64,000 nucleotides of DNA, from the NCBI GenBank assembly GCA_028534125.1, contig CM052816.1, positions 60,948,001 to 61,012,000 on the forward strand. The letters are read 5' to 3'. The position numbers and the translations under genes are program-made. Positions 1-13,275 of this stretch are shown one piece after another (within the stretch, counting starts at the first letter, position 1; each line of letters starts with the position of its first letter). The notes beneath the pieces were generated by a model. That model was not told the DNA's origin and did not search any database. It saw only the letters and a program-made list of their open reading frames with translations. The DNA comes from Lama glama. Lineage: Eukaryota.

Positions 1-1081
1 TGTTAAGGTACACATTCAACATTGTTCCCAAGAGTGGCCTGCTATTGCATCTAGTTATGGCTAAAACATCTAATTTTATCTTCTGGGAACTAGTCAAAGT
101 GGATATTCTCTCTCATTATCTTTCACATAAACAGGACGTGCAAACACGTATCAATATGTCCTTTGTACATCTCATAAAAGATGGACAATCCATGAAGATT
201 AAGTTAGAATAAAATAGGTAAACAGAAACTTTAGAGAAGAACTCAATAAATGTTGCTGATTGACTTGAGAAAGTGGAACATATCTGCTGAAAGTAAAATA
301 GTTCCCACAGATGCTAGGATAGGTTTATAATCTGCGTACCAAAGAAACAAAAACAAGGGACTGTAAAAAAGGAAGTCACTATTCATCCTACCAAAGACTG
401 CTCAAGACAATCCAAATTCAGCCCTCAACTTGAGGGAGAATTAAATGAGAACACTTGGGACAGTGCTTCGAATACAGTAAATGCTCAAGAGATATTATCA
501 ATGTTACTGACAATGATGATAAATCTCTATCAGTGTGAGAATAAATAAAACTGTAAGATGAATGCTCCAGAACTCATAACTGATTTCCAAACACAAATAT
601 ACTTACCAGTATACCACTATAAAAGGAAATTAACATAATTCACAAGTACTCAAAATATTTATCAAAATTTAAAAAAACCCTTACTTGGTGGAATTTGGCT
701 TCTCATTAATTATTCTAATTCAACGAACCTAAACTTCAGTATATATTACAAAACCAATGATAACAGATCATCCGTCAAATCTGCTAAAACGAATATAGTG
801 AGAAAAACTGCATCAAGCAGGAATCTTCCTGTAGACAGTTAAATGGTTATTGTGTGCCATTCTATGATTCTCTAAAATAAGGGATGCATTGTTTACATTT
901 TAATTAGTTCTTATCTTCAAAAATTTAGATTAAAAAGCTACAAATTTAACAAACATTAAATAATCCCAAAAATGTGCAAGACACTGTTACTCTCAAGCAG
1001 CTTCTACCTAAAACCACCTCTATGCAATAAAGGACAATCTCAATTATTAACTATTCAAAGCCTCAACAATGACTTGCTTAC

Positions 1082-1226
1082 TTTAAGTGAAGTATTGTTC
1101 TTCTCCACCTTTTCCTTTCCATCTCTGTCATTAGAACTCTTTCTTGTAGAGGTTGAACGCTCTCTCTCTCTTCTTTCACTGATATGGTCCCTTTCTTTTT
1201 CTCTCTTTTTATCCTTCTTATTTCTG
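1082..1226 (-). CDS. SREK1: SREK1 coding exon 11 (penultimate; last exon is outside the window)
   Basis: RNKKDKKREKERDHISERRERERSTSTRKSSNDRDGKEKVEKNNTSLK; ttacag| and AAA|gtaagc; 145 nt. Confidence 0.93.
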
Positions 1227-1572
1227 CTGTAAGATATTAATAGTACGTCAGTTAACTGCTAAAAAATTAAACACCCACCATACTGTTGACAAGATATTCT
1301 CACCTAACATTAATGCATCGCAAATAAGTATATCACTAACCTGGGTGACCAAGTACCATATATGAGTCCTGCAACCTATCTAACTCCACTCCATACCCCA
1401 GTTTTTAAAGACACAAGTCATTCTGCAGAGGCCACCACGTGTTCACATAAAACACAACTTTGTAATATCAATTTCAGTTTTGAAATATTCAAGATTTACC
1501 AATCAACTGTAATTAGGAAAAAACAAAATCAAATACAAAAAACTGACTAAGTAGAAAAGAATAAAAAGGATA

Positions 1573-1668
1573 TGGGAGAAGTGGGTATAGCTCAGTGGTA
1601 GAGCTCATGCTCGGCATGCATGAGGTCCTCAGTTCAATTTCCAATACCTCGATTAAAAAATTAATTTT
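1573..1668 (+). mobile_element. tRNA-derived SINE (camelid Vic-1-like)
   Basis: GGGTATAGCTCAGTGGTAGAG A-box, AGTTCAATT B-box-like; flanked by taaaaaggata direct repeats. Confidence 0.8.
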
Positions 1669-2519
1669 TAAAAAGGATAAAAAGGATAAAGAAACAGATA
1701 CAGTTCTCAGGCAAGGCTGAATGACTTCTAGAAAAACCTGAATTTGAAGTGAAAAAACTTCAAATAACCAATGGTGCCCTCCTCTCATTCACAATTACGA
1801 AGAAGTCCCAGCACCAATTCAAGAGCAAAATTTAAGCCGAAGATGCAATGAACAAGTTCCATTTGTAAAAATAACATATCCTTAAAATTACAAGGAAAAA
1901 AATGACGCATTTCATATCAGAAGCATGTTTAACAGACACCTTCTACTTAAAATAATTAGCCCTAACATGAAATTCTGAACTTTTTTCCTAATTATGAATA
2001 GTTCAAAAATAAACACAAAGTCCAGGGGGAACAAACAAAAACTCAGGAAACAGACCCAAGTACCTATGAAAATTCAGGGGAACAAAGGGATGGCATCTTA
2101 AATCACTGGGGAAAAGATGGTTCTTTTATAAATAAAAGACTTGGGGACAATTGGATTATTATTTGGAAAGTGACAGAACTGGGTCCATATCTCATTCACA
2201 TAAATAAATAAATTCAAATGGATTAGAGATCTAAAATTTTTAAAAGGAAACAATAAAACCACTAGAAGAAAACATGAATGCATTTCTAACTTGAGTGAAA
2301 AGATTTTTTAACCATAACTAAAATTCCATGTATGATAAAAGATTCATAAGTAAGCCTGAATAAACTTATGCAAAGCTAAAAACCCACTACTAGCATATTC
2401 AGAAGAAAAATAACAAACCAAGAAAAATATATTTGCAACACATTTGGGTATGTATGTTTATATATAACTCTTAGAAGTCAGGACACAACTGCATCAAAGA
2501 GAATAATATTCTTACAAAT

Positions 2520-4175
2520 AAATTTTATCAGAAAGGCAAAAATTTTGCTGAAAGAAATAAAGACATAAATAAATGGAAAGACATCCCATGTTCCTGGATC
2601 AGAAGACTTACACAGAGTTAAGATAACAATAGTATCCAAAGCAATATACAAATTCAATGCAATCCCTAAATCTCATAGGCATTGATAGAAATAGAAAAAC
2701 CCAGCCAAAAATTCATATGGAATCTCCAGCGACATTTAATACCCGAAACAATCTGTAAAAGAACAACAAATTGGAAGACACACAATTCCTGATGTCAAAA
2801 CTTATTACAAATCTGTAGTAATCAAACAGTGCAGTACTGGCGTAAGGACAGACACACAGGCCAGTAGAAAAGACAGAAATACATGGTCACATATATGGTC
2901 AAATGATTTTTGACATAGGTGTCAAGATCTATTCAATAGAGAAAGGACAACCTTTTCAACAAATGGTGCTGGGAAAACTGAATATCCACATGCGAAACAA
3001 TGAAGCTTGACCCTTACCTTACACCACATGTAAAAGTTAACTCACAATGGATCAAAGACCTAAATATATAAGCTAAAACTATTAAACTCTTAGAAGAAAA
3101 CACGGGAAAATCTTCATGACATTGGTTTTGGCAATGATTTTCTGGATATAACAAAAGACAACAAAAGGAAAAAAAGATAAATCTTATTTCATCAAAATTA
3201 AAAACTTGTGCATCAAAAGATACTTAGAACAGTGAAAAGACAACCCACAGTATGGGAGAAAATACATGCAAATCAGGTATCTGGTAAGGGATTAACATTC
3301 ACAACATAAAAACTACAACTTAACAAAGAGCCAAATACTCTAATTCAAAATGGGCAAAAGACTAGAGTAGACATTTCTCCAAAGAAAATATACAAATGGT
3401 GAATAAGCACATGAAAAGATGCCCAACATTACTATTCATTACAGAAATACAAATCAAAACCATAGTAAGATACCATTATATACTCACTAGAATGGCTATA
3501 ATCAGAGAAAGACAGTAACAAATGTCAGTGAGCACACAGAGAAATTCAAACACTCACACATTGCTGACGGGAATGTAAAATGGCACAACCACTTTGGAAA
3601 ACAGTTTGGCAGTTTCTCAAAAAGATAACGAGAGTGTTCCTATATGACTTAGCAATCACCACTCCTAGGTATATACCCAAGAAAAATGAAAACATGAGAC
3701 GACACCAGAACTTGTACATAAACATTCACAGCGTTATTCTTAATAGCAAAAAAATGGAAACAATACTAAAAGTCCATCAATGAGTGATGAACTAAAGCGT
3801 GGTTTTATCCATGTAATGGAATATTATTCACTCATAAAAAGGAATAAAGTACTGATTCGTGCCTCAACATGCATAAATCTTGAAAATATTACATTTAGTC
3901 AAAGAAGCCAGATACAAAAGACCACATGTACTATGTAAGTCTATATGAAATGTCTGTAACAGGCAAATCCACAGAGACAGTAGATTAGTAGCTCTCAGGA
4001 ACCATGGGGAGTAACTGCTAATAGGTACAGGCCTTCTTTGAACTAACAAAAAAATGTTCTGGAGTTAAGCAGCAGTGATGGTTGCACAAAATTGTGAACA
4101 TACTAAAAAGCCACTGAACTGCACATTTAAAAGAGTGAATTTTATGTTACATGAATTACATCTCAGTTTAAAAAA
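2520..4175 (+). mobile_element. L1 (L1MB-like) ORF2 3' part and 3' UTR
   Basis: [62 protein letters not shown] remnant, L1MB-type end. Confidence 0.85.
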
Positions 4176-4639
4176 TAACTCAGGATGGAAGCAAGACTGG
4201 GTATAGTCATTAACCATATACAGACTTACACACATACAGTGTATATATAGTGAATGCTGTCTTTTGTGAAGAAAAGGAGAAATTCAAATGTATGTGTCTG
4301 ATTAATTTTATTTTATTCTTCCTGTGTTTCTTTTTACAAACAGTTGATCACTCACAGAGGGTGGATGCGGAACGAAGTAGAAGGAATGGGGAAGGAAGTG
4401 ATACTGTGCAAATTTTTTGTCTAATTTGAGTTCACAACTAAGAAAAGTTTTGACTTTCATGAGTAAAGTATTTTTTAAAATACAAATTTGACCTGCCTCT
4501 ACAGTATCCCTAATGCCTTCCATTATTCTCACCTAAAAATAATTCACAAACAAAAGAACCCTGATGAGAAACGTGCTTCTTCTACCCTAGCAAAACTTTT
4601 TATAAATTTCTCTTTTCTATACTTAGAAGATTACAGAAA

Positions 4640-6430
4640 ACCAAATGAAAAACCATGACCCATCAGTAAAATAATGGGCTGAAAAAATAAATACCAAGAA
4701 ATCAATACCCTTCCTAGGTAGGTACAAACCCAGTCTCCAATTACATGACATCATGGAAGAAAAGACCTCATCTGCAAGAACAGAAAAGTAAAAAATATCT
4801 AGGAATAAACTTCAAAAATACATAAAACCTGTATGAAACAAACACTGAAACATTCATGAAAAACACTAAGGATGGTCTGAATAAGTAAGCCATCCATGTT
4901 TCTGGATGAAAAGATTCACCATCATAAAGCTTTATTTATTAATAGATCTATTTATCAATTTTCCTATGTTAATTAATAAACTTAATAAAACTGTAATACA
5001 AATTATCAGTAGGTTTTATTTCTATAACCTAGACAACTGACTCTTAAGTTCAAACAGAAAAATAAATACACAAGAATGGTCAAGAATGCTCAAAAAAAAG
5101 AGCAATATGAGGATGTGGGGGAAAATAGGCCTTACTAAACATTTTAAAATACTATACAATCTGAATAATTTAAAGCAAGAGGCACCAGTACATAAATCAT
5201 CAGTCAAACCAATCCAACAGCATGGAAGGCCCAGAAATAGACTCCAATACAGACAGAAAAATTTAGTACGTGACATAAGCAACATATCATATTAGGGTTA
5301 GAAAAACTGAATTTTTAATAAAATGATATTAGAACAACAAAGCAGCATTTGGAAAAATAAAACTGGACCCATATGCCATATTGTACATAAGGATAAACTT
5401 CTAATGGATCAAAGACATAAATGCAAAAAATAAAACCATAAAAGTATAAACAACAGCAATGGGGGAATTTTATTATAATCTTGGAACAGAAAAGACCTTT
5501 CTCACTTTAAGACTCAAAATGTGGAAGTCTCAAAAAAAAACTGAGAAATTAAACTATATAAAAATCAAACACCTCTATAAAATCAAGTCTCATGAACAAA
5601 TAGGAAAAAGGACAAACTAGGAATGATATTTGAAATCAAATCACTGGAAATAGGGGGGGAAAACAAACACAAAAACAGACCCCACAAAAAAAATGGGCAA
5701 TGTATACAATTCACAGAAAAAGAAATACAAATGGCCTTCAAATATATGAAGAGATGTTCACCTCACTCTTAAGAGAAATGCAACTAAATTTACTGCAACT
5801 GTACCATTTCTCATCTATCAGATGGACAAAAATCCACAACTCTGGTAACAATGTGTCGTAGCTGTAGGGAAACAGGCACGCATACGCAGCTGATTAAAGT
5901 GCAAGCCGCTGCCAATCCTTATGAAGAACAATATGGAAGTAAACATCTCTCAGTATTATGAACACCTCACCCTCTGACCCAACAATACCATTTCTGGAGA
6001 ATTTTCCTGCATACTCGCATATTATAAAATGATGTAAGTCCACAGTTGTTCACTACAGGCTTGTAAAACTCATAAAAGACAAATTAAGAAAGCCCATTCT
6101 ACCACAGGCCGGTTACCTAAACCAAGGTACTGTCACACACTGGAAGCCCATGCAACTGTAAAAAGGAATGAAGTAGCACTTTCTGATGAATACAGAAAGT
6201 TCTCCTGGTAGTTAAGAGACAAAAGCAATTATACAACACTGTGTATTCTGTGCTACCCTTTGTACCTATATACAAAAAAACTAGTAAAGCCATTACTTAC
6301 GAGGACAGAGTGGATGGACACATGGGTGGAAGTTAAGACCTATCATAGTGTAACTTTTCATACTGTTTGGATTTCTATACCATGCAAATGTGTTATATAT
6401 TACTCATCAAAATATAAAGGTTAAAAAAAT
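4640..6430 (+). mobile_element. Old degraded L1 (L1MC/ME-like); related piece at ~1990-2450
   Basis: Degenerate ORF2 motifs (ATCTAGGAATAAAC, ATGGATCAAAGAC, ATATGAAGAGATGTTCAC). Confidence 0.65.
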
Positions 6431-6493
6431 AGACTGAATAGAGAGATTTTCCCCCTACTTCCTCCTAAGTTTTAGCAGAAGCTTTCAACCTAC

Positions 6494-6589
6494 CTCCTCG
6501 GAGATGGAGACCTAGAAGATTTCCTTTTGATGGTTTTTGATGTTCTTGGTGATCTGGAAGAACTCCTGCTCCTCCTCCTCCGCCTTTCC
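6494..6589 (-). CDS. SREK1: SREK1 coding exon 10 (second RS region)
   Basis: ERRRRRSRSSSRSPRTSKTIKRKSSRSPSPR; tttcag| and AG|gtaggt; 96 nt. Confidence 0.94.
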
Positions 6590-8059
6590 CTGAAAGTTAA
6601 AAATATATCATTTTAAAAAACAACAATTTAAAAGGTAATTCAAATATACAAAAGCAAAAGGGTCCTTAATGATCTCAAGTGAATGGTATTCTTTAGAGGC
6701 CAGTTTAAATTAATGACTTTCATGAAAATGTTCTACCATCTAATTTTTAGCAGGTCAAATTATGAACTATGAATTTTACAGACCAATGAAAACATTTTCT
6801 AAGATTTCATATTAGAAAGGGTAGAGGATCTCCTTTTCACCCGATTTATTTGGACAGTAATTTCTTGAGTACAAAAAGTATTAATGGATGTTTCAGATTC
6901 TCTCTCAAGCTAAACATATTCTTCCTCAGGATCTAAAGTATGTTTCATCCGATCCCTTGTCGTGCATCTAGCTCCCTGCTGCCCCACTGTGGATTACTGT
7001 GTAACAAGGTAACAGGCCCTTTTCAAGAAAAGAAAGGTAAGTGGGCTCGCAAAATGTGAACTTTTTAAACCCAAGTATTTAAAATATCTCTTTAAAAAGT
7101 ATTTACATTGATTCATTTTACAAAGAAATTGCTTTGACCCTCCAACCTCCTACCACTTCATTACTACTGTTCTAGTCATTTAAAATTGAGCACACAGGCT
7201 GCTTAGATGTAAGGAAAATTATTTAAAGCCTGGAATTTAAATATGACAGAGTCAAAAATAATTAACTAGATTAAGTGTTTATTATTATTAAAAGACTATT
7301 TTGCTTAACATATTAGCAAATGATGCATACTCTAATAAATTACTTCATTTGTAGGGGTGGTCACCTTAGAAATAATGAATTTCAAGTTGTCTACTATTCA
7401 GGTGATGAGATATGAGGATATATTTAGTAAATGACTAATGTATCCAGTGATCTACCTCACAAGGAGCTCTGATAATTAGTGGTCACAGAGCTGAAAGAAC
7501 CAAATCGTCTAGAATTCAAATTCTCTTTATTACCTGAGTAAGCTGATTCTAGGCGAATGAAACATTTTGTGTACGTTCTTCATCTATAAAATAAAAAACT
7601 AGACAATGCTCATATGTGGTATATATAGTAGATGTTAAGACCAAAACAGCTCAAGAACTTTGAGAACACAAATAAATCAATTCAAACTCTACCTAAGATT
7701 CTCCCTTCCATTACCCCACTTTATTTCCAAGTTACCCCCAAATTATACTTCCTAAGATGGAAATTACATAACGATATTCCATTTAATCAATGCCATTCTG
7801 TAGCAGCACCCCCTCATGCACCCTGGCACAAGAACTGGGAGTATTTTTTTCATAACACGAGAATGTTATCCCAGACTTCACATTTACACAGAATGGCTCC
7901 ATCTTCATCAGCATTATGTAACTCTTTAATTGTTGTTCAGGAAGCACTATGTACAGGTGGACATCTAATAAACTACCAGGTGGTGTGAGAGCTAAGGCTG
8001 GAACAGACAGCAATCCAGAATGTCAGTTAGAAAGCAGCTGTCAGCTCCAGTATGCAGAA

Positions 8060-8265
8060 CTCGAGTTGGTTAGGCTTATATTTAAATTTTAGTTCCACAC
8101 CTAATCAGCTGCATGACTGGAATCTTATTATCTGAGTCTTAGTTTTTCCAACTGGAAAATGGAGACAATAACTCAAGCCTTGTAGTGTTGTTACGAAGAT
8201 TTAGAGTAACACTGTAAAGTACTAAGCCTAGTGCCTGGTGCATAGCAGGTGCTCAGTAAGTATTT
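8060..8265 (+). mobile_element. MIR SINE
   Basis: CTGAGTCTTAGTTTT...AAAATGGAGACAATAA...GTGCCTGG...GTGCTCAGTAA core/tail. Confidence 0.65.
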
Positions 8266-8864
8266 TCTCCTTCTCTTCCTTGGTTTCATCCTTATTGGTA
8301 ATAATTTCAAGCATTAAAAATTTCTAAATATCAAATTGTTTCCTTAAAAACCTAGATTAGAAGACAACGTTGGAAATAAAAATATTAAGTATACTATTTT
8401 TCTGAACAGTTAACATATTTCCCATTCACTAAACATCAGAGCACCTGAAAGGAAGAAAAATGTTAAAAGATGAGAAATCGTTTCTCTTCTCAAAGTTCCT
8501 CTGAAAGCATGAAATATTCCAAACTGCTGAACTTTAGGAACTAACGTTAGTCACCATCTATTCCTCAGGCCCCAGAGGTTATTTAAGAACTTACTTAGGA
8601 CTGAATGTGAACATTTGAACTTTCTTAAATATCAAGTGACTTAAAATGGCCCATGAAAACATTAAACATTTCAAAGTCATCTGGAAAAGTAAATTCAACT
8701 GAATTTAAAAGGAACCAAAACATTATATGGTGTTGTGAGGACAATGTCTAAACAATCATATAAACACAAAGGAATGTGTGAAACATAATAACTGTGCTAT
8801 AAAGATGCAGTCCACAAGGTTAATTAATACCCACAGCAAATGAATTTAATTCTTCAGGTTTTGG

Positions 8865-8964
8865 NNNNNNNNNNNNNNNNNNNNNNNNNNNNNNNNNNNN
8901 NNNNNNNNNNNNNNNNNNNNNNNNNNNNNNNNNNNNNNNNNNNNNNNNNNNNNNNNNNNNNNNN
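8865..8964. other. Assembly gap (100 N)
   Basis: Run of N. Confidence 0.99.
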
Positions 8965-9254
8965 TTGATGGACATTTAGGCTGTTTCCATGTTTTGGCTA
9001 TTGTAAATATACTACTATACTTCTGATTTAAGTACAGAGCAGATGGAAATTTTCCTCTAAGCTTTGGTTTCTTCAAGGTTTAAACCACGATAACAGTCTT
9101 CTCAGAGGCTTATTACGAGGATTAAATAAATTAGTCATGAAAAACTCTGCTGAGACATAATATCTAGCATATGGTAAAGCACTGGAAAAATGCTTACAAT
9201 TATCTTCTATTAACTAACCAAAGCCTACTATTAGAACAAGCTATCAAAATTGCC

Positions 9255-10590
9255 AAGAAGAGAACATAGGCAAAACACTCTGACATAAATCGTAGCAATG
9301 TTTTCCTAGGTCAGTCTCCAAGGCAAGAGAAATAAAAGCAAAATAAACAAATGGGACCTAATAAAACTACAAGCTTTTGCACAAAAAAGCAAAGGAAACC
9401 ATAATCAAAACAAAAAGACAACCTATAGACTGGGAGAAGATATTTGCAAATGATGCAACTGACAAGGGCTTAATTTCCAGAATATGCAAACAGCTCATAC
9501 AACTCAATAAGAAAACAAACAACTCAATCATAAAATGGGCAGAAGACCTAAATAGACATTTGTCCAGAGAAAACAAACAGATGGCCAATATTGTTCAGTA
9601 TCACCAATTATCAGAGAAATACAAATCAAAACCACAATGAAGTATCACCTCACACCAGTCAGCCATCATGGGGGGAGGGTATAGCTCAGTGGTAAGAGTG
9701 CATGCCTAGAATGCACAACGTCCTGAGTTCAGTCCCCAGCACCTCCACTAAAATAAATGAATAAACCTAATTACCTACCTCCAACCCCCCCAAAAAAAAC
9801 AGAACCTGGGTGAAAAATAAAGTCTAACCTTTAAAAAGCAAAATGGCCATCATTAAAAAGTCCACAAACAATAATTCTGGAGAGGGCTTGGAGAAAAGGG
9901 AACCCTCCTACAGTGTTGGTAGGAATGTAAATTGGTGCAGCCACAGTGGAAAACAGTACAGAGGTTCCTTAAAAAACTAAAAGTATACCTATCACATGAT
10001 CCAGTAATCCCACTGTTAGGGCATTTATCTGGATAAAACTGTAATTTGAAAAGATACACACACCCCAATGTTCACAGCAGCACTACTTACAATGGCCAAG
10101 ACATGGTAGTAACCTAAGTGCCCATCAACAGATGACTAGATAAAGATGCAGTATATATACACAATGGAAAATTACTCAGCCATTAAAAAAGAGTGAAATA
10201 ATGTCATTTGCAGCAACATGGATAGACCTAGAGATGATCATAAGTGATGTTAAGTCACATAGAGAAAGACAAATATGCTGGAATCTAAAAACGAACACAT
10301 GAACTTACTTACAAAACAGAGCTCACAGACATATAAAATAAACTTATGGTTATCAAAGGGGAAGGGGGTGGGATAAATTAGGAGTTTGGGATAAGCAGAT
10401 ATAAAGTATTAAATATAAAATAGATAAACAACAAGGTTCTAATGTATAGCACAGAGAACTACATTCAGCATTTCGTAATAACCTATAGTGAAAAAGAAAA
10501 TATACGTATAACTGAATCACTATGCTATATAACAGAAACATAAATCAACTATACTTCAATTAAAAATAAAACTAAACCAATAAAAAAAGA
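9255..10590 (+). mobile_element. Younger L1 3' fragment with A-rich tail
   Basis: [24 protein letters not shown] remnant (ORF 9377..9640); ends AAATCAACTATACTTCAATTAAAAA. Confidence 0.9.
9670..9845 (+). mobile_element. tRNA-derived SINE inserted in an L1
   Basis: GGGGAGGGTATAGCTCAGTGGT head, AAACCTAATTACCT tail; gccatcat repeated on both sides. Confidence 0.85.
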
Positions 10591-10829
10591 ATAAGTTATT
10601 AAAACACAAAGTTAAAAATAGGAAATAAAATATTCCATTGTCTCAGAAACTTTCTACAAAAAAGCTTAAAAAATTTTTTTAACTCGCTAAAAATGTAATT
10701 TTTAAGTACTTTAAAGAATGGTTTAACACAACTTAGGAACTTCCATTTATTTATAGTCATGGTACCATGTGGAGTAACGGATGTAGGTTTAGATAATATT
10801 GAATTAAGGAAAGTCCTCATTTTGCTGCT

Positions 10830-10866
10830 GTTACTATAGCAACATGCTGCCACCTGGTGGCAGTGT
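10830..10866 (-). promoter_or_regulatory. Adjacent RFX X-box and CTCF motif
   Basis: GTTACTATAGCAAC (10830-10843) and minus-strand CTGCCACCAGGTGGCAGCA. Confidence 0.6.
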
Positions 10867-11399
10867 ACCTACTAATAAGTTGAGGGAACAGTCCTAAGGA
10901 AAATAGCAAACCTTTAACAACGAAATGAAAATTAAAATTTAAACATCATGCACTCAACAAAATTGGGCAGTAAAAATAAACTGAGATGACAAAAGGGACA
11001 TCATTTCAAGGAAACAGAGAAGCATAATGGGTCAATATGGGTCAATTTCTCTGTACTTAAAAAAAAAAAAAAAACTTGTCCCTGCCATCCTACCCTCCAA
11101 GGAAATAGTAAGCAGCAGCAACTGCAGCCACTGGTGCCACTGCGAGGTTCAAACAGTGGATCACAAAGGGCAGTTAACTTTTCAAATAATTTTGCCCAAT
11201 AGTATCTCTTTCTCCTCACAGGTTCAATACTGTAACAACCCCTCTGCTAGAGAAATGTTTAGACTTCCTTCAGAGGGAAATGTTCTCATATTATTATACT
11301 GATTCTACTTGTATAAAATAATCTTTTCCCCCTCAATTAAAATTTATGTTTTCATTTGTCATCAGTAAACCCCTTGGTAAAAAGTTGAAATTATCAAAC

Positions 11400-11780
11400 C
11401 TGCTGGAACTACGGGATCTTCTTGATGCATTGTAACTTCTGGGTGGTGTTCTGGATTTTTTATCCTTCTTTCTTTTCTCATCCATCTCTTTGGATCTGTC
11501 CTTTTCTCGTTCCTTTTCTTTGTCCTGTTCCTTCTCCTTCTCTTTGTCTCGTTCCTTTTCATGTTCTTTTTCCCGCTCTCTCTCTCTGTCCTTCTCCTTG
11601 TCTTTCTCTCGGTCCTTTTCCCGTTCTTTATCCCGGTCTTTATCTTTGTTTTTACCCCGTTCTTTTTCTTTTTCACGTTCCTTTTCCCTGTCTCTCTCTT
11701 TTTCCCTTTCCTTTTCTCTATCTTTTTCTTTCACTCTTTCCTTTTCCTTGATTTTTTCTCGGGTGTCTTTTCTTTTGTCC
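11400..11780 (-). CDS. SREK1: SREK1 coding exon 9 (Glu/Lys-rich EK domain)
   Basis: DKRKDTREKIKEKERVKEKDREKERE...KSRTPPRSYNASRRSRSSS (ORF 11333..11734 frame); tttaaag| and AG|gtttga; 381 nt. Confidence 0.95.
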
Positions 11781-12146
11781 CTTTAAAAACAAAAATAAGT
11801 AAGTTCACAATGGAAATTATTCTACTCCCCAAAAAAGGACCTCCTCCTCTTCCCTCAACCACTATCAACATAAAACAATTTATAATAGCTATAAGACATT
11901 ATGCATAAGTTTCTATATAATTCATGTGCACATGAAGCTGCTAAATGATATAATTACCAGGCTGAATTAAGAAGTCTGGAAACCTCACAAGTCATACTGA
12001 CCATCAGATTCAAATCAATGGCAATTAATATTAATCTACTAAAATAATCAGAAGAAAGTTTAACTTCTTTCATTAAAAACCTAAACCACACAGTTTTTTA
12101 ACAAATGATGCCATGAAAAAATTAGCCTTATTTTCCAAAAACTCAC

Positions 12147-12266
12147 CGTGAACGCGAACGACTTCTTGACTTCCGTCTCTCCCTTGATTTAGAACGTTTT
12201 TTATGAGGGCTCTTAGATCTACGTCTATCCTTTTGTCTTGAACGTGATCTATTATGGGATCTACTC
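12147..12266 (-). CDS. SREK1: SREK1 coding exon 8 (RS domain)
   Basis: SRSHNRSRSRQKDRRRSKSPHKKRSKSRERRKSRSRSRS; tttag| and CG|gtgagt; 120 nt. Confidence 0.95.
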
Positions 12267-13044
12267 CTAAAGAAAAGCAAATCTGTTAGGATCTCAAAAC
12301 TTACTAAGAGTTTCAAATTTTAAAAATTTAAGACCTTTAAAATAAGAGAATTGTAAAACTGACCCTGACAGTATCAATATTTTAAAACTATCCACTATGT
12401 TTCAGACTATCTGACACAAATTTATTGGAAACTTTACCAGATAGTTCATTGTCAAGAACACAAAGACAGAAGCAAAGAAAGAATTTAAGTTATTTCCTAT
12501 GTCAGACTTAAAAGTTGGTATTTTCAGCTATGGCTTTGTTTTGCTAATTCTCAGATGGCTCAATTAGTACAGAAGATTTCTCCCATGGTCCAAGTCCTCA
12601 AACCATAAATTGTAACTCTTGACTTCCATGTAATACGACTACTTGTGGTTATAATTTATCCTACCAGGGAGCAGTGGTTATATGGCTCAATGGTTTCTAT
12701 AAATGGCTGTATGCTGTCTTAAGAAAATGTATAAAGAAGCACGTAGTAATGATGGTGCTAGTATGACAGGAAACCAAACATCATTACCCATGAGTCCAAG
12801 CTAAATATAATCAAGTGTTGAATTTGCAAAGCCTTGATTTTATCATTATATAAACATAGCTATAAAAAGAAACCTTTATTACTGGAATTCTTACAGGAAA
12901 AATAACTTGTTTCAATTCTGAAATTCTGTAGGCTCCTTTCCCCCTGAAATAACAGCTTAGATAATGTGACTTTTTTCATGAGGTATCCTAGAAACTGTTT
13001 GTTAAAATATAACAAAATTGAATCCATACAACTTAAATAACAAA

Positions 13045-13275
13045 GTGATGAGACTCACCGGCTTTGGAGTCAGACAATCTGGCTCTGACACTCAGCTCTG
13101 CCACACACTAGCTGTGAGAACTATGGCTAGTCACTCAACTTCTCTAAGCCTGAGTTGTTTCATCTATAAACTGGAGTAAGAATCATACCTACATCTCCTA
13201 GCTGTCATGAGGATTAAATCAGATGATATATGGAAAATTGCCTAACAGTCTCTGGCAAAGAGTAAATGCATAAAA
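13045..13275 (+). mobile_element. MIR SINE
   Basis: GGCTTTGGAGTCAGAC...CTCTGCCAC...CTCTAAGCCT...CATCTATAAA. Confidence 0.75.

Noticed and set aside
972..1232. 86-aa plus-strand hydrophobic ORF
   Set aside because: Antisense shadow of SREK1 exon 11
1573..1650. tRNA-like A/B boxes here and in five other places
   Set aside because: SINE heads with tails and TSDs, not cloverleaf tRNA genes
11362..11908. Several overlapping ORFs (Ser/Phe/Leu-rich on plus, Lys/Arg-rich alternative frame on minus)
   Set aside because: Shadow frames of the low-complexity EK exon; purine/pyrimidine skew removes stop codons
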